A DNA stretch of 64,000 bases, from assembly GCF_009914755.1 (NCBI RefSeq), contig NC_060937.1. The stretch is one strand, 5' to 3'. Of this stretch, positions 50,299-64,000 are shown piece by piece. The position numbers and the translations under genes were made by a program. The notes beneath the pieces were generated by a model. The model was not told the origin of the DNA and did not search any database. It worked only from the letters and a program-made list of their open reading frames with translations. Source of the stretch: the human T2T-CHM13v2.0 reference genome, Homo sapiens. The first letter of the stretch is position 1, and every line of letters begins with the position of its first letter.

Positions 50299-52071
50299 CT
50301 AGCAGAACTATTTACAACAGCCAAGAGATGGAGGCAACCCACGTGTCCGTCGGCAGACAAGTGGATAACCAACATGTGAATGTCCACACGACGGAATATT
50401 ATTCAGCCTTAGAAAGGGAGGAAGTCAGGCCACAGCAGCGGGAGGGAGGGAGTGACAGGACCGAGTTCAGTCTGGGAAGATGAAACAGCTCTGGAGAGGG
50501 CGGCGGCAATGGTTACACAGAGAGGTAAGCGGCCCTTGTGCCACTGAACTGCACAGGGGAAAGACATGGGTAAGATGGTACATTCTATGTTCTGTGTATT
50601 TTACCACAGTAGAAATAAAACGTACTCAGATAAATACTTCCAACAGCTTGCCCTTCTTTTGAATGGACATTTGTCTTACCAAAGCACTTTTGTGTTTACC
50701 TACGTAATTTTTTAACTTGTTCATGTAATGAGTTATAGTACATTTTTTTTTGAGACGGAGTCTCGCTCTGTCACCGAGGCTGGAATGTAGTGGCATGATC
50801 TTAGCTCACTGGAACCTCTCTGCCTCCTGGGTTCAAGCAATTCTCCTGCCTTAGCCTCCTGAGTAGCTGGGACTACAGGTGCTCACCACCACGCCCAAGC
50901 TAATTTTTGTATTTTCAGTAGAGACAAAGTTTCACCATATTTGCCAGGCTGGTCTCGAACTCCTGACCTCATGATCTGCCCGCCTCGGCCTCCAAAAGTG
51001 CTGGGATTACAGGCGTGAGCCACTGCGCCCAGTCTGTTCTTGTTAATTCAATATCTTGGTTAAAATAGAACCATCACAAACACTGACGCAACATCACGGT
51101 CCTGTCACTGCTTTTCAGAGTGAGCACACAGTGAAGTCGGTTTAATAGTAAATACTAACGCCTCTGAAGGTGATTTAGCCAGAGCCAATTCAGTGAGCAA
51201 GCGCCAAGGATTAAAAACGCCTCCCTTCCATATCCTTGTTCTGCACCTGCCACTGGGGTTCTGAGCGCTTTGCTCATCTTTCACCTTCTTAGCTGAGCAC
51301 ATACCGTTCCAGCTGGGGAGAGAGGGGTGAAGAACCATCAATCAGTGCCCACCCTGGTTCTGCAGGTGGCCCCCAACCCCACAGGTGGTGTGGCAGGGGG
51401 GCTTGAGTGCCAGGCAGCAGGGGGTCTGCAGAGACACACAGCCTGACCTTGGCCCCAGACACAGAGAAGCTTAGAACAGCTTCCAAAAATAGAGGCGCTG
51501 AACTCATTCCCTAAACTCCACCAGGCTGAGCCGGCCACCAAGGGGAGGATTAAATTAAAGCCGCAGCTTCTTTCCCTTCCTTGAACATCGAGGGCAAGGT
51601 GGTTCCTCCCAGGCCCAGCCGGCGCAGCGGCTGCTCCCTGCAGAAGGGGCTCATCCCTCAGGCTGAGGCGCAGGCACTGATGTTCCCAGGTGACCACCTC
51701 ATCTGGTCTCGCGCCGCTATCCCCCCAGGCTCCTTGTCCCTGTCCTTCTGGGGACATCCACGCCTCTGCAAACCACCCAACACTGTGCATTCATCACCGA
51801 GGCTCCGGGACGGCACCTGCCTGGCCAGGACGGGGGCACAGCTCTGACACTCCCCTGCACACCCCTCAGGGTCTGCGGTCAGACGTGGGCAGGGGCCATA
51901 CAAAGACGGTGGCCACAGGCGTCTGCACATGGCTGTGGCTTCCTCCTACTTCATTTCCACTCTGCAGATCTTCCTCTGAGAGCAGGTGTGAGTCCCAAGA
52001 CCACTCTCTCACATGCACTCACAGGCCAGTTCTCCACCCTGGTGCTTTCAATTAGAAAACAAAAGGTGTGA

Positions 52072-52260
<189 letters not shown>

Positions 52261-53499
52261 TAGAGAGAAGGTTTTACCATGTTGCCCAGGCTGGTCTAGA
52301 ATTCCTGGGCAGCCAAAACATTAAATGGTCTGTGCAGCCTTCTGTGAAAGGAGTTTCCATTCCCAGGGGCGTCTCCCTCTCCCTTTCCCTACCAGGAAAG
52401 ACACCCCTGAAATCCACATCTCAAACCTTACAAAGCAGCCTTGTGGACTAAATTTTCCTGATTCCCTTCCCCGCCCAGAAGCCTGATGCATCTCAAACCT
52501 TACAAAGCAGCCTGTGGACTAAATTCTCCTGGTTCCCTTCCCTGCCCAGAAGCCTGAAGGTAGCAGGCTGCCCAGGATGGTGAATGCGCCCAGGCGCCAG
52601 CCACGCTTTATGTCCCCCGATCCGGGTGCTCTCCAGGGTGTGCGTGACACGTGTTGATAAGCGTCTTTTTCTCACTCATTATTCAGTCTTCGGCCAGTCC
52701 CATGTACAGAGCCCAGCTGGGGGACCTAAGGTGTACAGGGGAAGACCTTTCTTCCTCCCTGGCCACCGACAGTTAAGGAAGGTATAATCCACGCATAACA
52801 CACTCTGCAGTGCCACGGAGACATTGGGAGAGAGCTTAAAAATTACCGCATTGGCCGGGTGCAGTGGCTCACACCTGTAATCGCAGCACTTTGGGAGGCT
52901 GAGACGGGTAGATCACCTGAGGTCAGAAGTTTGAGACTAGCCGGGCCAACATGGTGAAAACCCATCTCTACTAAAAATACAAAAATTAGCTGGGCGTGGT
53001 GGCCAGCACCTGTAATCCCAGCTACTCAGCTACTCAGGAGGCTGAGCAGGAGAATTGCTTGACCCGGGAGATGAAGGTTGCAGTGAGCCGAGATCGTGCC
53101 ACTGCACTCCAGCCTGGGCAACAGAGTGAAACTCCATCTCAAAAAATAAAAAATAAATTACTGCAAGATGTGTGGAAATTCCCACCACGTGATGTCAAAT
53201 GAAAAAGATGGGATGCGGGACTACATACAAAGCACTCCAAGTGTTTCTAAAATAGCTGCCCCATGTGCATAGAAAAGACGACCCAGGCTTGCACCAAAAA
53301 TACCATTTGTGGGGCTCACCCCCACTGATAGGGGTAGTGGGCGGTTCCGATCTTTATCTAGACTTCTCCCTCTTCTTCAGTATTAACACAATGGAAGTGA
53401 CTCATAAAAGATAATCAGAAAATGGTTACGTGAATGAGATAATGGCGTCAATGCCAAGGAGGGAGCTGGGCGCCCAGGTGGGCAGGGGATGTAGCTGAT

Positions 53500-54676
53500 G
53501 CAAGTGTGCATGGAAAACCAGGTGTGTGCATGGGAGCCCGGGTGCGTGCATGGGAGCCCAGGTGCGTACATGGAAACCCAGGTGCCTGCATGGAAACCCG
53601 GGTGCGTGCATGGAAACCCGGGTGCGTGCATGGAAACCCGGGTGTGTGCATGGAAACCCGGGTGTGTGCATGGAAACCCAGGAGTGTGCATGGAAACTCA
53701 GGTGCGTGCATGGGAGCCCAGGTGCGTGGATGGAAACCCAGATGTGTGCATGGGAGCCCAGGTGCGTGGATGGAAACCCGGGTGTGTGCATGGAAACCCA
53801 GGTGTGTGCATGGGAGCCCAGGTGTGTGCGTGGAAACTCAGGTGCGTGCATGGAGCCCAGGTGCGTGGATGGAAACCCAGGTGTGTGCATGGGAGCCCAG
53901 GTGTGTGGAAGGAAACCCAGGTGTGTGCATGGAAGCCCAGGTGTGTGCATGGAAACCCGGGTGTGTGCATGGGAGCCCGGGTGTGTGCATGGGAGCCCGG
54001 GTGTGTGCATAAAAACCCAGGTGTGTGCATGGGAGCCCAGGTGTGTGCATGGGAGCCCAGGTGTGTGCATGGAAACCCAGGTGTGTGCATGGGAGCCCAG
54101 GTGTGTGCATGGGAGCCCAGGTGTGTGCATGGAAACCCAGGTGTGTGCATGGGAGCCCAGGTGTGTGCATGGGAGCCCAGGTGTGTGCATGGAAACCCAG
54201 GTGTGTGCATGGGAGCCCAGGTGTGTGCATGGAAACCCAGGTGTGTGCATGGGAGCCCAGGTGTGTGCATGGGAGCCCAGGTGTTTGCATGGAAAACCAG
54301 GTGTGTGCATGGGAGCCCAGGTGTGTGTATGGAAAACCAGTTGTGTGCATGGAAACCCAGGTGTGTGCATGGGAGCCCAGGTGTGTGTATGGAAAACCAG
54401 TTGTGTGCATGGAAACCCAGGTGTGTGCATGGAAGCCCAGGTGTGTGCATGGAAAACCAGGTGTGTGCATGGGAGCCCAGTGTGTGCATGGGAGCCCAGG
54501 CGTGTGCATGGAAAGCCAGGTGTGTGCATTGGAGCACAGGTGTGTGCATGGGAGCCCAGGTGCGTGGATGGAAACCCAGGTGTGTGCACGGGAGCCCAGG
54601 TGTGTGCATGGGAGCCCGGGTGTGTGCACGAAAGCCTAGGTGTGTGCATGGGAACCCGGGTGTGTGCATGGAAACC
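53500..54676. repeat. 20-bp VNTR in the GRTP1 intron, ~58 copies
   Basis: Unit GGTGTGTGCATGG(GAG/AAA)CCCA. Confidence 0.98.
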
Positions 54677-55149
54677 GGTCGCAGCTCTCCTGTGAAGAAG
54701 CACCTGCCCAGCCCCGGCTTCCATCCAGATAGGAGGAATCCACCTCTTCCCAACAGACATGGTCTTTGCTCCTCATCTGAGCCACAGGATTGACCATGGC
54801 AGAGACCAGGTGCATGACCTGGGGGTTGGGGGCTCAGGGGCGGCTGCTACCAGGATGGCCTTGCCTCTGTGAGTGACCACAGCTGCGGGGCTGGGATACC
54901 AGGAGGCACGGGCTGCAGCATGGGAGGCGGCCCAGGAGGAGATGCCAAGAAGGCACAGCAAGGACAGCCAGTGCAGGAGCCACCCGGGTGCCCACCCAGC
55001 AGCTGCGCACCCCCACTGCCCGAGCCAGCCTCTCTGCATCTCTTTTCCTGAGAAGACTTCGGCGTGGCACAGCCCTTACAGGGCGTGAGCCTTCTCAGAC
55101 GCAGCTCAGGTTACAGCAAGGAAGCTGCAAGGCTGGTTTTGCTGTTTGG

Positions 55150-55180
<31 letters not shown>

Positions 55181-55182
55181 AG

Positions 55183-55457
<275 letters not shown>

Positions 55458-55727
55458 TAGCCTTTTGTTTACATTTAAAAAAAGGTATTTTGGGCCGGGT
55501 GCCATGTCTTATGCCTGTAATCCCAGCACTCTGGGAGGCCGAGGTGGGAGGATTGCTTGAGCCCAGGAGTTCCAGACCAGCCTGGGCAACAAAATAAAAA
55601 ATAAATTTTAAAAAACCTAGCCATGAAATAGCAACAATAAGAACTGCACAAAGAACCCCCACATCCCCATCAGATTCCCTGACTGTGAACATTTCAGCAC
55701 ATTTGCTCCCCCGTCACCTCCCTATCT

Positions 55728-56010
55728 GCACGCACACCACACACAGGTACACACGTGCACACGCACACCACACACAGGTACACACGTGCACACACACACC
55801 ACACGTGCACACGCACGCCACACACAGGTACACACGTGCACACGCACGCCACACACAGGTACACACGTGCACACACACACCACACACGTGCACACGCACG
55901 CCACACAGGTACACACGTGCACACGCACGCCACACGTGCACACGCACGCCACACACAGGTACACACGTGCACACGCACACCACACAGGCACACACGTGCA
56001 CACGCACACC
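55728..56010. repeat. CA-rich compound minisatellite (ACACACGTGCACACGCACGCCACACACAGGT-like)
   Basis: Repeated CACACGTGCACAC and ACACAGGTACAC modules. Confidence 0.92.
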
Positions 56011-57003
56011 TGCCTCCATCCCCTGGACTGTGTGAGGCAGAGCTGCACACTCACTGCCCCATCGCACCAAATACTCCAGGGTGTGCTTCCCCAAACAACA
56101 GTATGGCCACCTCGACACTAGTCAACACCGACACCACCTCCCAGTTCCCAGATCCCACCCGACGGTCTTCAAGCACTCCGTAAGGACAGTTCCCACAAAC
56201 ACATCCCGAGGAATCCACCCAAGAACAAGCTTCAGGAGCCACACTGACAAAGGCCCAGTGACACACATTACGCCAGAGTTTTCTGGAGAAACAGGCGGGT
56301 CCAGGTCTGGGGCAGAAGGCCCATGGGGTGAGCCCAGAGTAGCCTGTCCTGCAGACTCGAGGAAGCCGTCGGCGCCACATTCACATCCACAGGACTCAGG
56401 GGCCAACCAGAAGAGGCTCCCGCTGGCCACAGATGGGCCAACCTGAGCTTCAAGAAGGATAAAAACCCTCCAGTGTGTGCAGCCCAGGAGTCCACAGTTG
56501 ACATGGACACACAGCACTGACCAACCGCCTTCTAGTGACCAGACGCCAATTTATTATTTTGAGGGCGGGGACATAAAGCCAAGGGACCAGCATTTATCCC
56601 GCCTCTTCTAATGGACTCATGACATCAGGTCTTGATTCAGCCACCAGTCTGCAGGAAATTTCGAGGAGAGGGGCCCAGCCGGAGGGCGCTGGGGTATCCT
56701 CATCAGGAAAGCCTGAGGCGCCGAGCTCGGAGGGTTGGCTTACCCAAGTGCTTGGACAGGAAGAGAAAGAGGTGCAGATTCCCACGCACAGACCGAAGGG
56801 GCCCAAGGGTTCCTCACGTGTAACCCGGGGCAATGCTAAGACACACAGCCCAGGTGCCCATGCGCATGGCGAACCACAGAAAACAGCACAGAGCAGTGTG
56901 GTCACAGTCAGGAAGATGGGATCCAGTCACAACCTTTGCCAAACTCACGAATGCACCCATCACCACTGCACCGTACGCTTGAAATGGAGGGACTGTGGGA
57001 TAA

Positions 57004-57524
<521 letters not shown>

Positions 57525-58157
57525 TGAGTAGCTGGGATTATAGGTGTGCGCCACCATGCCTGGCTAATTTTTGTATTTTTAGTAGGGATGAGGTTTCGCC
57601 ATACTGGCCAAGCTGGTCCCGAACTCCTGACCCCAGGTGATCTGCCCACCTCAGCCTCCCAAAGTGCTGGGATTACAGGGGTGAGCCGCCGCGCCTGGCC
57701 CATGCCTGTGCATTTAGAAACATGTAAAGTTTTCTCAAACACAGGGGACATCTTGAGACAGATAACATGAGAAACTCTCTGTAGGGTCCGGAGGACCGAG
57801 AGGGAGGGACCTGCTTCCCCTTCGTCCCCACCCTGCACTGCCACGACTGCCTCCCGCCCACCCCGCACTGCTACGACCGCCTCCCGCCCACCCTGCACTG
57901 CTACGACAGCCTCCCGCTGGCCTGTGACTTTTGCACCTAGAAGCTGACTAGTTAATAAAATTTAAGTCAGCTGCAAAGATAAAGGAATCGAGAAAAACAG
58001 AAAATAAGAACCGCAAATGCTTACCTAGGTATTAACTTAGTTCAGAGTGATAAATCAGTCGTGCGCGGAAACAGTTTCATCCTGCACTGAACCACTCTTG
58101 CGGATTCTCAATTTGAGATTATAAATAAGCAATAAAGTTGTCCTAGGGTTAGAATGA

Positions 58158-58623
<466 letters not shown>

Positions 58624-58764
58624 TAGCCAGGATGGTCTCGATCTCCTGACCTCGCGATCCGCCTGCCTCAGCCTCCCAGAGTGCTGGGATTACAGGCATG
58701 AGTCACCATGCCTGGCCAAGTTTGTCTAATTCTTAAACCTGTCAGTTTTATAATGCTAAAAAGG

Positions 58765-59898
<1,134 letters not shown>

Positions 59899-60547
59899 TT
59901 TTTTTTTGTTTTTTTTTTTTAAGGCAAAATAGGTACTGTAAAATTTAATTAAAAAACAAACAAACAAACAAACAAACATGCAAAGGGTTCCTCACCCTCT
60001 AGGTGTAAGATTCAGTCCCAAGTCCTCCTCTGAAAGCAAAGTGCCCTCGGTGTGCCGAGCACTAGGAGGGGCCAACTTGGACTCAGCACCAGGCCAGGAT
60101 TCTCCACTGCTGCCTGCAGACACCATCACTGGGAGACTGAAGAACAAGGGAGCTCTGGCCATGGTTGGGGGCGAGGTGAGGGGGGCTGGCTTCAGAGCCA
60201 CCCGCTGGGGTGGCCCTGTCTACACCTACACTAGCTTGCAGGACACCAGCCCCTTGCCCTGGGCCCTACCTCTGCACTGGGAACACGAGACCCCACCTGA
60301 TGTCCTGAAGCCCTGAGGACAGCGGACACATGAACTGCCCTAGAACGGTACCAACCATCCCTCCAGACAGCAGATGCGTGAGGGTGAGAGGGCTCTGGGA
60401 AAACCCACCGCACTTCCCAAGTGCCCTGTACAAATTTCCAGATTCCAGAAAAGGTGCAGAGAAGCTACCAGGAAATAATGTTTCTGATGTGCTTATGCTG
60501 TTACATTTCACAGGTAAAAAGCTAACAGACCTGTTACATGTCAACTA

Positions 60548-60655
<108 letters not shown>

Positions 60656-62476
60656 TCAAGAAGACCCTGTCTGTACTCAAAATAAAAAAATTAGCCGGGC
60701 ATGGTGGTGCACACCTGCAGTCCCTGCTAGTTGGGAGGCTGAGGTGGGAGGATCACTTGAACCCAGGAGGTCAAAGGCTGCAGTGAGCTGTGATGGTGCC
60801 ACTGTACTCTAGCCTGGCAACAGTGAGATCCTGTATCCAATAAATAATAAATAAATAAACTTTAGAAGTAGCTAAGATCTCCGGCTAAATACTTGGTAGA
60901 AAACTGAGCAATTACTTAAATTTCAAGATCCCACTAAATTAGATCAACTGTCTTGAATTCAGCAATTTGTTAGCATACAACTCAATTAAACTTTATCTGC
61001 TATAACTAGGAGACCCTGAATGGAAAAGCGGCAATGACTTTTTTCCCTAATATATAGAGTTCTTTTAAAAAAAAGTAGCTTATGGCGAAACCTGGTATCA
61101 AGAGGCCTCGGATTGTACAGCGTGCTTTCTGTGCAACCCTCTCACAGAATAAGCTCACACTTAAGGTGCAAGGCCTGAGGCCCACAGGTCTGGTGAGCCT
61201 GGCCGCCTGGTGACTCAGAGCAATCTGATCCCAAAACAGCTGCTCCTGACCCCAGAGACCAGCCTCCTGTGACAAAGCCAGCCCAACGGGGGCGTGGCCC
61301 AGGCCACATGAGCACCACCCTCAGGACAGGTGACCTCAGGGAACCCCACTCGGGAGGACGCAGGAAACGCACCTCCGATGTGGCAATTGCGGCGCCAAGA
61401 GCCTCCCTCCACCCACCTCTGCTCACGGGGCTGAGCCGTGGTCCCCACAGAATGTGCCTTGTCGGTCCACATCTCAGCCAGTCCTCCCAGCCAGAGCTGA
61501 GGTATTTCTATGTCGAGTTATTAAAACCTGACCTGTTTCCCTATTTTTCAGAGGAAACCAGGTCAAACCCATCTTTCAGGATGTAGAGCGCTAATTCAGG
61601 GCTGCACCGACTCATGACTGACGCAGTCTTCCGAGACAGGGCCCCCTCCACCCTCAGTCACGCGGCAGGGCCCGGTCAACCTCCTCCTGTGAGGAGGCCC
61701 GGGACCCATCGCCCGCCCGGGGAGCGGCGTCTGCACCTTCTTCCTGCGTCCTTTCCATGCCTTGTTGGGATGGTGATTGATGGCCATCATCTTCATGGGC
61801 TCTACAAGAGGCCGCGGGTGTGGCAGGTGTTCTGGGCTGAGAACTCGGGGTGTGGGGCATCTGCGTGTGGATGGTCACAGGCCACGGGGAGCGTGTCCTC
61901 AGGTCACTTCCTAACTGAATTGGGATTAGAGGCATTTGCTGGTAAAAGTAACTCCCTTAATTGGACCCCCTCTAAGTGACTCATGAGCGATGAACCAAAC
62001 AGTCCGCAACAACAGTGGTGGGGGAAACCGGGGAGGCAGATGTGGGGTGCAGGCCTTGGGCGGGGAGGCCTGAGATGGGATCTCAGCCCGGGGATGGGAT
62101 CTCAGCCTTGCTGGCGGACTGTGTATGAGCTACTTAATCCCCACCAGTCTCGGCCTCCTCCAAGGAAAAAGACGACAATGTGCATGACATTTTCAATACC
62201 CAGACGGACTCGCACCCCGTGGTCACTGCCCCACGGCAGGCAGCTTTCGTTTTGTGTCACGGGCCTGGAGGCCTCGGTGGCTGCAGAAGGCTCCACTCCA
62301 ACCCCAGTCTTTCCATTTCCACCTTCATGCTCACCAGGGAGCTCAGCCATGGGTTCACAGGTCTGCTGGCCATTCCGGTCTCTATTTTGTAAATTGCCTG
62401 TCAGGCACATTCTTCACCTGATGTTCTGCTGAGCTGTTTCTTTTTCTGCTTAGATTTTTTTTTTTTTTTTTTTTGA

Positions 62477-63560
<1,084 letters not shown>

Positions 63561-64000
63561 ATCAGTTATTTAGACAGGGTCTTGCTCTGTCACCCAGGCT
63601 GCAGTGCAGTGGCACTACCACAGCTCACTGCAGCCTCGACCTCCTTAGCTCAAGTGATCCTCCCACCTCAGCCTCCCGGGTAGCTGGGACCGCAGGCATG
63701 CACCACCCAAAGTGCTACGATTACAGGTATGAGCCACAGATTTATTTTTAAAAAACAGGAATTAATCACAGCCCTTTGTGAGGCCAAGGCAGGAGGACTA
63801 CTTGAGGCCAGGTGTTCAAGGCCAGCCTGGGCAACATAGCAAGAACCTGTCTCTACAAATAAAAAAAAAAAAATCAACTAGGCATGGTGGTGCCCACCTG
63901 TGGTCCCAGCTACTCAGAAGACTGAGGTGGGAGGATCACTTGAGCTAAGGAGGTCGAGGCTGCAGTGAGCCATGATCACACCACTGCACTCCAGCCTGGG

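Noticed and set aside
53426-54793. His/Cys-rich 260-444 aa ORFs resembling metal-binding proteins
   Set aside because: Translation of a 20-bp tandem repeat open in all frames; intronic.

Overview
This is eukaryotic, Alu-dense primate DNA that I recognise as the human LAMP1 locus (13q34). It contains the complete 9-exon LAMP1 gene on + (ATG 21103, TAG 45975-45977; 1254 nt spliced CDS = 417 aa + stop) with a CpG-island promoter carrying six CLEAR/E-box sites. The last three coding exons of the convergent TBC-domain gene GRTP1 lie on -. Also present: a decayed LDHB processed pseudogene at the left edge, many Alus, L1 fragments, several solo LTRs and at least five minisatellites. There is no prokaryotic-type system or CRISPR array, and the long ORFs in the track come from tandem repeats or Alus. 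The most notable unexplained structure is a set of short tandem duplications that copy LAMP1 splice sites: a decoy exon-4 acceptor leading to a premature stop, and a second in-frame exon-5 donor adding 13 aa. Other items are a G-quadruplex-type repeat in the LAMP1 3'UTR, a telomere-motif minisatellite, TGCACAC-dense arrays and a candidate unidentified retrocopy in the GRTP1 intron. I found no convincing new biological system. Gene and repeat family names are from recall, not from a database search.
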